A DNA stretch of 64,000 nucleotides from an uncultured bacterium (GCA_963740635.1 CAVUEQ010000003.1:161350-225349); one strand, 5' to 3'. Positions 41,866-52,727 are shown, counted from the stretch's first letter. Numbers and translations are program-made. The notes: a model not told the origin generated them from the letters alone.

Positions 41866-42075
41866 TTAGACCTGCACGATTTGGAGCGGCTGGGGGACGG
41901 ATTCGAAAGCGGCCAGGAGGCGGCGGAAGCTGGGGTCAACGAGCTTGTCGTAACCGATAGGGACGAAGCGAGCAACTTTCTTGGGGCCGGACTCGGCCGG
42001 CAGGGCGAACTTCATGTTGCCGCTAGGTGAAACATACATATGGCATTCGAATGAGTTGTAGGAAGCTGTGTTCAT
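41866..42075 (-). CDS. Small hypothetical protein co-transcribed downstream of lexA
   Basis: 12-nt gap after the lexA stop. A hairpin (41831..41865) follows its stop. No recognisable domain. Confidence 0.4.
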   Translation of the reverse strand: MNTASYNSFECHMYVSPSGNMKFALPAESGPKKVARFVPIGYDKLVDPSFRRLLAAFESVPQPLQIVQV

Positions 42076-42087
42076 TGGTTTCGCTTT

Positions 42088-42708
42088 TTAGTATTTGCGG
42101 ATCAAACCAATCACGACGCCCTGGATCTCGATAGGAGTGCCGGGCTCGATGATGATGGGCTCCATAGCGGCGTTGGAAGGCTGGAGGCGGATATGGTCTT
42201 TTTCTTTGTAGAAGCGTTTGAGGGTGGCCTCCCCGCCGTTGATGAGGGCGATGACCATCTCGCCGTTTGAGGGGGCGGGCTTCTCGGTGACCACGACGTA
42301 ATCGCCGGTGTGAATGCCCTCGTCGATCATGGAGTCGCCTTTGACCTGAAGCACGTAAGAGTTGCGGCGGCCGACCATGAAGGGCGGCACCTCCAGAGTC
42401 TCGTGGTGGGTCCCAAGAGTCTCGATGGGCTGGCCGGCCGCGACCAGGCCGAGAATGGGCAGGCCGACGGTGGGAGTGGCGTCGACGTGGTCGGCTTTGA
42501 CGAGCTGGATAGAGCGGGCCTCGTTGTCGGACTTATGGAGCATGCCCTTGCCTACCAGCGATTCGACGTGCTCGGCGACAGTGGCGACGGAGGCATAATT
42601 GAAGTAAGCGGCGATTTCCCGGTAGCTCGGGGCGTAGCCATGCAGCTCGATGAACTGCGTGACGAAGTCGAGGACTTCTTTTTGACGTTTAGTTAGCGGC
42701 TCGGCCAT
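42088..42708 (-). CDS. lexA: LexA repressor
   Basis: N-terminal wHTH (LTKRQKEVLDF...PSYREIA). Cleavage site region VAAG. S24 peptidase Ser/Lys (GDSM ... KRF). Confidence 0.95.
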   Translation of the reverse strand: MAEPLTKRQKEVLDFVTQFIELHGYAPSYREIAAYFNYASVATVAEHVESLVGKGMLHKSDNEARSIQLVKADHVDATPTVGLPILGLVAAGQPIETLGTHHETLEVPPFMVGRRNSYVLQVKGDSMIDEGIHTGDYVVVTEKPAPSNGEMVIALINGGEATLKRFYKEKDHIRLQPSNAAMEPIIIEPGTPIEIQGVVIGLIRKY

Positions 42709-42737
42709 GGGTAACCCTCCCAGGTGTTAATGCTTAA

Positions 42738-42780
42738 ATAGTACCGAACAGAAACCGAATTGTCAACTGCTTTTGTTCGG
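42738..42780 (-). promoter_or_regulatory. lexA promoter with embedded GTTC-type repeats (candidate SOS box)
   Basis: TTGACA-17-TACTAT. The spacer reads ATTCggtttctGTTCGG. An outer CCGAACA/TGTTCGG inverted repeat flanks the -35. Confidence 0.55.
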
Positions 42781-42782
42781 TC

Positions 42783-44693
42783 TTAATTAAATTGCTTGGT
42801 AATGGGAAAATCTTTGCTCGACTTGTAGTGGGTGGTGAAGGTGTCCGTCTTGACGACGGCGCCGGCGAGGTCGAGGACGTCGCGGTAGAAGACGGTCGTG
42901 GAGGGCTGGGTGGCATCGCTTGAGCCGGAAACGAAGTTGGGGCCGCGGATGACGCCGGATTTGGTCTTGGTGCCGAAGAAGTCGAACTTCAGGTCGGTGC
43001 CCTGCATGATGGTCTGCATGAGGATGTAGTGGCCGGTGTCGTTGGTGAATTTGAAGTCGACGGCTGGGTAGTAAATGGTGGCGTCGACGCCGGGGGCGGA
43101 GTAGGGCCAGGTGTAATAGCTGATGGCGAAGGCGTGGTTGACGCGCTCGGTGATGGGCAGGCCGGCGGCCAGGGCGGCGCGGAAAGCCGTGGAGCTCACT
43201 TGGCACAGTCCCCCGCCGTATTGCTTTTCTTCGTGGTCGCCGAGGATGACCAGCTCGGGTACATAACCAGTGGAGGGGCCGACGTCGCCGAGGAGCTTGC
43301 CGAAGCTGAAGACCTCGCCGGGCTTGAGGAGGACGCCGTTGAAGCGGCGGGCGCCGGCGCGGACGTTGGTGAGACGGGTGGACGGGCTGCCGGGGAAGTA
43401 GGTTTCGCCCTCGGAGATCTGCTCCTTGATGCCGAGCGAGTCGAGGTTACTTTCGTTGACGTCGGCCTGGGTGGTGGCGAGGTTGAGGTCAACGATGCGG
43501 TCGGCGGCCGGCTTCTTGAGCGCGGCGTTGATGGCGGCGACGGCGCCGGACTGGTCGAGCTTGATGCCGGTGCGGCTGGGACGGGCGACGGCGAGCTGCC
43601 CGTCGGCCATGGCCAGGCCGGCGTTTTGGGCGGTTTGGTCGATGTGGGTGGCCAGGTCGGCCACATAGGCGGCCACGGCTTTTTGGCTGAGGCCAATGTT
43701 GGCGGCGGCCGCCGGCGGGTAGAGGTCGGCCACGTCATGCGTAATGATGAACTGCTTGGGGGGGCGGGCGCCGACCTCGACCCAGGAAATGATGGTCTGC
43801 TGGCCGATGGTGGTGGGGCCGCCGTTGTAGCTGAGGGTGATGGGGCCGTCCAGATAGCCGCCGAGCTGGTTGGTGACCGCGCTGAGGGCGGCGGTCGAAA
43901 GCACCGGGGCGAGCTGGTAGACCGGCGCCGCGATGGTGTTGGTGGAGGTGGTGGCGAGACGGTCGGCCACCATGGCGGTGAGGCGGCCGTAGTCGAGGCG
44001 GGCGCCGGGGCTGGCTGGGGTGACCTGGGGCCGGCCGGAATCGAAGCTGAGGCTGGCGTCAACGACGGGTGTGAGCACCTCGTCGCCGAGGTCGACCACG
44101 TAGGGCACCAACTTGCCGGAGTCGTAGCTGGAGGTCGAAATGTTGGTGACACGGCCGAAAAGAGCGCGGAGTTGCTCGTGGACTCGCTGGGCCCAATTGC
44201 CCTGCCGGCCGTAACCAAAGGCGAGCTCGGCGGCCTTGCCTGCGTCGTAGCTGACGCCCAGGCTGCTCACCGGGATGCGCGTATTTGTGCCGCCGTTGGC
44301 GATGGTGACCACGCGGCCGGCGAATTCGGTGGTGCGGTCGCGGACGCGTTTGGCCGCCTCGATTTGACTAACGCCGGCCAAATCGGCGCCGTCGGCCGTG
44401 ATGCCCGGGTAGACCTTGCCGGCATACACCAGCTCAAAGCTGCCAACCAGCAGCACAAACAGTACGACCAGGCTGCCGAGGGCGCGCAGCCACGACGGGG
44501 AGCGCTGCCAGGCACTGGCTGGGGCGTCCTCATCCGGCTCCTCGGGTTCGGCGGCGAGCTCGGGTCCGGGGGTAGGCTCCTCGACTGGTTCCGGCTCGGG
44601 CTCAGGCTGGGGCCGGGACCCGCGTTTGGACCGGGTATTGGGAACCCGCATGTCGATAACCGCAGGGGAAAGATCAAGTTTACGCTTGGCCAT
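42783..44693 (-). CDS. VanW-domain protein (YoaR-like) with a disordered acidic/Pro N-terminus and a TM
   Basis: C-terminal GGGLCQVSSTAFRAALAAGL...ERVNHAF is a VanW signature. Confidence 0.9.
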   Translation of the reverse strand: MAKRKLDLSPAVIDMRVPNTRSKRGSRPQPEPEPEPVEEPTPGPELAAEPEEPDEDAPASAWQRSPSWLRALGSLVVLFVLLVGSFELVYAGKVYPGITADGADLAGVSQIEAAKRVRDRTTEFAGRVVTIANGGTNTRIPVSSLGVSYDAGKAAELAFGYGRQGNWAQRVHEQLRALFGRVTNISTSSYDSGKLVPYVVDLGDEVLTPVVDASLSFDSGRPQVTPASPGARLDYGRLTAMVADRLATTSTNTIAAPVYQLAPVLSTAALSAVTNQLGGYLDGPITLSYNGGPTTIGQQTIISWVEVGARPPKQFIITHDVADLYPPAAAANIGLSQKAVAAYVADLATHIDQTAQNAGLAMADGQLAVARPSRTGIKLDQSGAVAAINAALKKPAADRIVDLNLATTQADVNESNLDSLGIKEQISEGETYFPGSPSTRLTNVRAGARRFNGVLLKPGEVFSFGKLLGDVGPSTGYVPELVILGDHEEKQYGGGLCQVSSTAFRAALAAGLPITERVNHAFAISYYTWPYSAPGVDATIYYPAVDFKFTNDTGHYILMQTIMQGTDLKFDFFGTKTKSGVIRGPNFVSGSSDATQPSTTVFYRDVLDLAGAVVKTDTFTTHYKSSKDFPITKQFN

Positions 44694-44758
44694 ATAGCAA
44701 CATTATGGCACATTTCGGCCTCGGCCACGTATAATGATTGGGATAAGCGAGAGTGTGA

Positions 44759-45949
44759 ATGCCGCGCAAGAAGATTTCGGAGTATCGGGCCAAAACCATT
44801 TTGTCTGATGTGCTAGGCAGAAAGTACGCCGGCGTGCCGGTTGATGCCGAGGGTAATTATGAGCCCGCACTCGCCTCTTTGGATGAGCATAAGCATTATG
44901 TGGTGAAGGTAGACCAGGGGGTGAAGGGGCGGTTCAAAAAGGGCCTGGTGAAACTGGGGCGGCAAAAGCCCGACCTGGCAGGGGACGTGAAAGAGCTGGC
45001 GGCCAAGGGCTTTCGCTATCTGATAATTGAGGAGCAACTGGGGCACGCCGCGGAAAGCGAGCGGTATCTGGCGTTTGAGCGGACCCGGGTGGGGAATATT
45101 ATCAGCTTCTCGGCGGTGGGCGGGGTGGACGTGGAATCAGCGCCGGGCGAGATAAGGCGGGCGCCGATTGGCCCGGAGGTGGCGGCCCGGGCCAGCGAAG
45201 CGCTGGGCGTGCCGGCGGAGGTACTCGGCGAATTGGCTGAGGCCTTTGACGACAATTATTTCTCGTTTCTTGAGGTGAACCCGCTGGTGGTTGAGAACGG
45301 CCAGGCGGAATTTCTGGACGCGGCGGTGGAGGTGGACTCGGAGGCGGCGTTTTTCGTGGACGGCCGCTGGACGCCGGACGACTTCCGGGTATACGAGGCC
45401 AAGGCGCAGCTGCCGCAGATGGCAGCCGTGGAGGAGCTGGCCAGCCAGAGCCAGGCGTCGTTCCGGCTAGCGGTGCTGAACCCCGAGGGCAGCATCTTCC
45501 TGCTGCTAAGCGGCGGCGGTGCTAGTGTGGTGCTGGCCGACGAAGTGTTTAACCAGGGCATGGGCCGGGCACTGGGCAACTATGGCGAGTACAGCGGCAA
45601 TCCGAATACCGAAGAAACCGTAATTTACACAAGGCAGGTGCTGTCGCTAATGCTAGACTCACCGGCGCCACACAAGGTTCTGGTGATTGCCGGCGGGGTG
45701 GCTAACTTTACCGATGTGCGCGCGACGTTTAAAGGCGTGATTATGGCCCTGCAGGAGGTAGCCGAGAAGATGCGCGCGGCCGGCATCAAGGTGTTTGTGC
45801 GGCGCGGCGGGCCGTTTGAGGCCGACGGCCTGGCGATGATGCGCGACTTTCTGGAACGGGAGGGCCTGCTCGGCGAAGTCAGCGGGCCGGAAATGATGAT
45901 GTCGGAAATAATTCCGCGGGCGCTCAAAGGTCTGGAGGCTGAGGTATGA
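44759..45949 (+). CDS. aclB: ATP-citrate lyase, ATP-grasp (SucC-like) subunit
   Basis: Colinear with the eukaryotic ACLY N-terminus: LEVNPLVV, LLSGGGASVVLAD, NYGEYSGNPNTEET, GGVANFTDVRATFKGV, FVRRGGP. Confidence 0.85.
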   Translation: MPRKKISEYRAKTILSDVLGRKYAGVPVDAEGNYEPALASLDEHKHYVVKVDQGVKGRFKKGLVKLGRQKPDLAGDVKELAAKGFRYLIIEEQLGHAAESERYLAFERTRVGNIISFSAVGGVDVESAPGEIRRAPIGPEVAARASEALGVPAEVLGELAEAFDDNYFSFLEVNPLVVENGQAEFLDAAVEVDSEAAFFVDGRWTPDDFRVYEAKAQLPQMAAVEELASQSQASFRLAVLNPEGSIFLLLSGGGASVVLADEVFNQGMGRALGNYGEYSGNPNTEETVIYTRQVLSLMLDSPAPHKVLVIAGGVANFTDVRATFKGVIMALQEVAEKMRAAGIKVFVRRGGPFEADGLAMMRDFLEREGLLGEVSGPEMMMSEIIPRALKGLEAEV

Positions 45950-47754
45950 GCACTCTGAATATAGCTGCACTGCGAGCGATTGAGCCGGTGATTGTGGCTC
46001 TGGGGAGCTCTAAAGGGATTGTGCAGTCAATTTTGGATTTTGACTATCTGGCGGGCCGTGAACTGCCCTCGGTGGTGGCCGTGGTGGCCACCGGACGCAA
46101 GAGCGAGCGTTACTTCTTCGGCGCTGAGGAAGTGACGATTCCAGTGTACGGCAGCGTGGAGAAGATTCCGGCGCGGCTGCGGTCGAGGATTAACTTGTTT
46201 TTGAACTTGTCGTCGGGGCGGCGAGTGCTTGCGAGCAGCCGGCAGGCGCTGGAGCAGCTGCCGGGCTTGGTGGGCGGAGTGGTGTTTGCCGAGGGACTGC
46301 CGGAGCGGCACGCGCTGATGCTGGCCGAAGAGGCGGCTGCGGCCGGTGTGTGGATCGCGGGCGGTGCGAGCGTGGGCCTGGTGGTGCCGGGCGTGGTGAA
46401 GCTGGGGCCTATAGGGGGTGTGCAGGCGCCGCAGCTAGTGAAATCGAAATTATTTACGCCCGGCTCGGTGGCGGTCGTGAGTTCGAGCGGCGGCATGGTA
46501 AGCGAAATTATCCGCATGGTGGCCACCAGCGGGCACGCACTGAGCTTTTCCCTGGCGATTGGCGGCGAACGGTTTCCGCTGAGCAGCCCGCAGGAGGTGT
46601 TTGCGGCGGCGCAGGCGGACCCCGAGACCAAAGCTATTGTGTACTTCGGTGAACTCGGGGGCTTGGATGAATACGACCTGGCCGAAATGATTGCGAGCGG
46701 GGCCGTGACCAAGCCGGTGGTGGCCTACATTGCGGGCACGGTCGCTGAGCTGTTTGAAACGGCGCCGCAATTTGGCCACGCGAAGGCCATGGCGGCTTCG
46801 GCCGACGAGTCGGCTGCGGCCAAGCGCGAGGCGCTGGCGGCGGCGGGCGCGCAGGCGGCGGCCACCTTCGCCGAGTTTGCGCAGCTGGTGGCCGCGCTGC
46901 CGGGCGCGGTGGAGGCGCCGGACCACGCGGCGGCGCTGAAGCTGCTGGGCTCGCGGCGGGCCGGGCTCATGGTGAGCTCGATCTCGCGTGACGACAGCGA
47001 AGGCGAAGTGGAAGTGCTGGGGCAGAGCCTGCTGGAGCTGGCCGGCAACAATTCGTTTGCGAAGATCGTGATCTCGATGTTTTTGGGGCGCCCGGCGAAG
47101 TCGCCGGAGTTGGAGGCCTTCGTGGATTATGTTTTGCGCGTGCTGGTAGACAACGGCCCGTACCAATCCGGCGTGGTTAACACCATAGTCACAGCCCGCG
47201 CGGGCCGCGACCTGGTTTCGAGCCTGGCGGCCGGCCTGCTCACCATCGGTCCGCGTTTCGGCGGCGCGGTGAACCAGGCGGCGACGACGTGGCTCGAGGG
47301 CGTGACCACCGGCCTGTCCCCCACTGCGCTGGTGGAAACCTACGCCGCCGGCCGGCGCTACATTTCCGGCATCGGCCACCGCAAATACCGCATCGACTCC
47401 CCCGACCCGCGCGTGGCCCGCGTGACCGCCTTTGCCGATGGCCTGGAGCACGCCCGCTTCACCAAATTTGCCCGCGGCGTCGAGCTAGAGACCACCCGCA
47501 AAAAGGGCAACCTCATCCTCAACGTCGACGGCGCCATGGCCGCCGTGCTGCTGGATCTGCTATCCGAAAAAGAGGGCCTGTCCCACGACGAACTAGTTGC
47601 CCTCACTCAAGTCGAATTCTTCAACGCCCTGTTTGTGCTGTCGCGGTCGGTCGGGTTTATGGCCCACTACTTCGACCAAGTGCGCCTCGACGAAGGCCTG
47701 TTCCGCCTCGGCCCGGCCCAGGTTACGCACGTCCGTCCCCTATCTGAGGATTAG
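45946..47754 (+). CDS. aclA: ATP-citrate lyase, CoA-ligase + citrate-synthase-like subunit
   Basis: Phosphohistidine loop QFGHAKA. GPRFGGA and GIGHRKYRIDSPDPR match the ACLY C-terminal domain. 4-nt overlap with aclB. Confidence 0.85.
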   Translation: MSTLNIAALRAIEPVIVALGSSKGIVQSILDFDYLAGRELPSVVAVVATGRKSERYFFGAEEVTIPVYGSVEKIPARLRSRINLFLNLSSGRRVLASSRQALEQLPGLVGGVVFAEGLPERHALMLAEEAAAAGVWIAGGASVGLVVPGVVKLGPIGGVQAPQLVKSKLFTPGSVAVVSSSGGMVSEIIRMVATSGHALSFSLAIGGERFPLSSPQEVFAAAQADPETKAIVYFGELGGLDEYDLAEMIASGAVTKPVVAYIAGTVAELFETAPQFGHAKAMAASADESAAAKREALAAAGAQAAATFAEFAQLVAALPGAVEAPDHAAALKLLGSRRAGLMVSSISRDDSEGEVEVLGQSLLELAGNNSFAKIVISMFLGRPAKSPELEAFVDYVLRVLVDNGPYQSGVVNTIVTARAGRDLVSSLAAGLLTIGPRFGGAVNQAATTWLEGVTTGLSPTALVETYAAGRRYISGIGHRKYRIDSPDPRVARVTAFADGLEHARFTKFARGVELETTRKKGNLILNVDGAMAAVLLDLLSEKEGLSHDELVALTQVEFFNALFVLSRSVGFMAHYFDQVRLDEGLFRLGPAQVTHVRPLSED

Positions 47755-47770
47755 GTGTTAGAATAGCGGC

Positions 47771-48304
47771 ATGTTGAAGTGGTTTGTGAATCATAAATGG
47801 CTGACCGCCGCGATTATAGCCGTGCTGCTGCTGGCGGTGTGGGAGGCGAGCGATAAGTTTTATCCGGCCCAGAATTCGGCCAATCTGCCGGCCAGCGAAC
47901 AGCCGGGCGGGAGCACGGCCACGCCGTCGCCGGGGGCAACCGGTACGCCGGGCGCCGGCACGAACAATGGCGGCGGCGGCAACAAGACGGCAACAGGCGA
48001 AACGGTAGCCACGCCGGACGCATCGGCGTCCAAGTACAAGATGACGATTTCGGGCTCGACTGTGAGCCTGGCGGCGGACGGTACCGCCACCGTGACAGGC
48101 AACATTACCAACAACGAGCAGGCACAACATTCGGCCACTGTGGGGGCGCTATTTTATGACAAAGCCGGCCTGGTCGTGGGCAGCGCGCAAGGTTCTGTGA
48201 GCGACGTGCAGCCGGGCCAGACGCAGGCATTTACGATTACGAGTAGCGGTAAGATCCCGGCGGATTACGCCAAGATGGTCGTGCAGGTGAATTCGATTAG
48301 CTAA
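47771..48304 (+). CDS. Membrane-anchored FxLYD-domain-like protein
   Basis: N-terminal TM, a Gly/Thr/Pro linker, and ALFYDKAG in a C-terminal beta domain. TAGAAT-N6-ATG. Confidence 0.65.
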   Translation: MLKWFVNHKWLTAAIIAVLLLAVWEASDKFYPAQNSANLPASEQPGGSTATPSPGATGTPGAGTNNGGGGNKTATGETVATPDASASKYKMTISGSTVSLAADGTATVTGNITNNEQAQHSATVGALFYDKAGLVVGSAQGSVSDVQPGQTQAFTITSSGKIPADYAKMVVQVNSIS

Positions 48305-48355
48305 ATCGTGATAATTAGATTTAGGGTTTCTATCTGGGTATGTAGTTCTTTATCA

Positions 48356-49239
48356 GGTTCTGTCCACTAAACCGGAACAGCCATACTCTTAAGTAATGTG
48401 AATGGGTCTCGAAATAGTTCAGGGTGGCTCCTCCGTGCCTGAAACTCCTGCAGTATGCCGGACAAGAAGCGCTTCAAGAAGCGGTCGCGGGTTCGGATGA
48501 CAAACCGGTCCAGGCAGCTCCAGACATTCTCGGCCCGGTTGGTTGGCCCGAAGTGCCCCCGGTCATGGTTGCAGACGACGAGTCCGTAGCCGACGTCCTC
48601 GAGCCCCAGATGGGAAGCGTGGGCGTCAGCATGAATGAGGCTGCCGACCTCAGCGTGACGGTCAAGGAAGCCCTCAACGGTATCTTGGGCTACATCCGGA
48701 ATGACCTCTAGTCGCACTTTGTTTGTTTCCCGGTCGACCACCCCCATGACAATAGCTTGGTTGCCATATTTCTGGTGACCCAGGAAGGACTCGTCAATCT
48801 CCAGGAGGCCAGCCAATGGGTCGCCCTCACTGCGGGGCAACCGGGACCGGAGCCGTTCCAGCCACCGCTGCACCGTCGGGTAGCTGAGGCCGGTCGCCAC
48901 CACAATGTCGCCTGGAGAGTGCTTGCCCTGCCAACAGATGACGAGGGCCAGGATCTTGACCCAGGACAGCTTCGAGAACCCGAATCCCAGGTTGCGCTTG
49001 AGGCTCCATTTCCGGCGGCAGGTACCGCACCACAGGTATTTCTCCCGTACAAGTATTGTCTTGTGGCTTTGCCAAGGGCAAACCAGGCCATTGGGATATA
49101 TTTCCCGGACCACCAGCTCGACACACTCCTGGTTATCCCGGGGCAGATTTATTAAGGTATACATTGGAACAAGTCTCCTTGCTTTAAGTTATTGCCGTAA
49201 CTTAAGTGTAGAACTTGTTCCGCTTTAGTTTAGAGAACC
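48356..49239 (-). mobile_element. Intact IS1595-family insertion sequence with a 9-bp target duplication
   Basis: 24-nt imperfect terminal IRs (GGTTCTGTCCACTAAACCGGAACA vs GGTTCTCTAAACTAAAGCGGAACA). Flanked by TCTTTATCA at 48347..48355 and 49240..49248. Confidence 0.85.
48367..49164 (-). CDS. IS1595-family DDE transposase
   Basis: N-terminal Zn-ribbon-like CPW..CGTC and a DDE_Tnp_IS1595-like core (LEIDESF...). Confidence 0.9.
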   Translation of the reverse strand: MYTLINLPRDNQECVELVVREIYPNGLVCPWQSHKTILVREKYLWCGTCRRKWSLKRNLGFGFSKLSWVKILALVICWQGKHSPGDIVVATGLSYPTVQRWLERLRSRLPRSEGDPLAGLLEIDESFLGHQKYGNQAIVMGVVDRETNKVRLEVIPDVAQDTVEGFLDRHAEVGSLIHADAHASHLGLEDVGYGLVVCNHDRGHFGPTNRAENVWSCLDRFVIRTRDRFLKRFLSGILQEFQARRSHPELFRDPFTLLKSMAVPV

Positions 49240-49303
49240 TCTTTATCATTCTATTGACAAAGTAACTGCCCTTACTTTATTATACAAATGATAAAGAGTT
49301 ACA

Positions 49304-50740
49304 ATGATGGACCAGGCCACTTACGATAAGGTGATGATTTATCTACGCACGCAGCTTAGTTCGGCTGTGTCACGCCTTGAGTCGTACACGGTAGATCGGA
49401 ATGGCAAAGAATTGCCACGCAGGCATGCAATATTAACAATCGAAAAGTATATCAACAATTTCGCGACTCAGGATAAGGAACCCCGCTGGGTTGCGATCCC
49501 CGGGTTGAGAGGTTCCGGCAAGACAACGTTGCTAGCTCAGATATATATGGGGCTCAAATGCGCCACCAATCAAAAACTATATGTCTCACTTGATGAAGCT
49601 AAGAGGGTTTTGGGGGTGAGCTTGACGGATATTTTGACCGTGTACGAAGAAATACTTGGCAAAACGTTCGAGAACATAACCACGCCAATATATTTGTTCA
49701 TAGATGAAGTCCAATACGATGATGACTGGGGCGTAGTTCTAAAAAGCCTTTACGATCGCTCAAAAAAGATATTTATACTTTGCACAGGCTCTTCTGCCTT
49801 GGCACTTCGGCTCAACCCAGATGTTTCTCGCAGAATAACTCTTGAGCGGCTCTACCCTCTGTCCTTCACAGAATACATAATGATTAAGCATAACAAGATG
49901 CCCATCAAGGGGCTGGGGGCCGCGATTCGTGACGCCCTCTATAATTCATCAGATGCAGGCGAAGTTCATGCCCGCCTTGCTAGCCTAAAGCGTGACACTA
50001 TGAGGTACTGGTCAAATATTAACCGGCTTGAATTGGATGCTTACTTGAAATATGGGACTCTGCCTTTTACATTGCAGTATTCGCAGGAGCCGTTAATCTA
50101 CGAGCAGATTGAGCAGACTTTAAGTAGCGTAGTAAATAAAGATGTTGCGCAGCTGGGGAAGTTTGACTCGATTACACTCGGGAAGATACAACAAATGCTG
50201 TACGCGCTAGCTAACAACAGCGTTACGAGCCTTGGCACGCTAGGAAAAATGCATTCACTATCAATAAATACAGTAATCGATGCGTTAAACGTGCTAGAAC
50301 GGTCCGAAGTTTTACTCAGAGTTTTCCCTTATGGTGCTGCGGGGACGCATGCAAAAAAACCGTCGAAGTACTTATTTCTTTCGCCTGCATATCGCAATAT
50401 GTTCTTTAATCTTATCGGCTCCACGCAGCCTTACGATCGATACAAAGGACTTCTCTGGGAGGATGCGGTTGGGATGCAGCTACACAGGATGATCGGCGGT
50501 CGCATGGGCTCAGGCTTGCATTACGACAGCAGCGCGGACGGTGCAGATTTCATTGCGACTATCGGCGCTAATAAAATTGCACTAGAGGTTGGTTATGGGA
50601 CAAAGGATTTTCGCCAAGTAGCTGCTACACTTGCCCGTCACGGTGGAGTATATGGACTTTCTGTGTCGAGTTCGCCCTTATACATAAATACAGAAAGAAG
50701 TGCGGTAAAAGTGCCATTTAGCTACTTCCTAATGACCTGA
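49304..50740 (+). CDS. AAA-family ATPase with a DUF4143-like C-terminus
   Basis: Walker A GLRGSGKTTLL, Walker B LFIDEVQ. Lower GC than the flanking genes. Confidence 0.8.
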   Translation: MMDQATYDKVMIYLRTQLSSAVSRLESYTVDRNGKELPRRHAILTIEKYINNFATQDKEPRWVAIPGLRGSGKTTLLAQIYMGLKCATNQKLYVSLDEAKRVLGVSLTDILTVYEEILGKTFENITTPIYLFIDEVQYDDDWGVVLKSLYDRSKKIFILCTGSSALALRLNPDVSRRITLERLYPLSFTEYIMIKHNKMPIKGLGAAIRDALYNSSDAGEVHARLASLKRDTMRYWSNINRLELDAYLKYGTLPFTLQYSQEPLIYEQIEQTLSSVVNKDVAQLGKFDSITLGKIQQMLYALANNSVTSLGTLGKMHSLSINTVIDALNVLERSEVLLRVFPYGAAGTHAKKPSKYLFLSPAYRNMFFNLIGSTQPYDRYKGLLWEDAVGMQLHRMIGGRMGSGLHYDSSADGADFIATIGANKIALEVGYGTKDFRQVAATLARHGGVYGLSVSSSPLYINTERSAVKVPFSYFLMT

Positions 50741-50745
50741 GGTTG

Positions 50746-52572
<1,827 letters not shown>

Positions 52573-52626
52573 GGCGTGATTATCCCATATCAAGTGTTGA
52601 TTGCGAAGTGTAACCCGTTTGAGGGT

Positions 52627-52680
52627 AAAAATAAAGACTGTGGGGCGCCCGGCCCCGGAACCTTGCGGTCCCGGGGGCGC
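52627..52680 (-). terminator. GC-rich hairpin plus a T-tract after the 52728 gene
   Basis: GCGCCCCCGGGACC-GCAA-GGTTCCGGGGCCGGGCGC, then ...TCTTTATTTTT on the minus strand. Confidence 0.7.
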
Positions 52681-52727
52681 GGGCATCCACCCATGCGGGC
52701 CGGTCAGTCAGAACTGGCCCCCGTCGA

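Noticed and set aside
41698-42030. 110-aa plus-strand ORF
   Set aside because: It starts inside the repeated non-coding element, is AT-rich at the 5' end, and overlaps the lexA-linked small ORF in antisense. There are no initiation signals.
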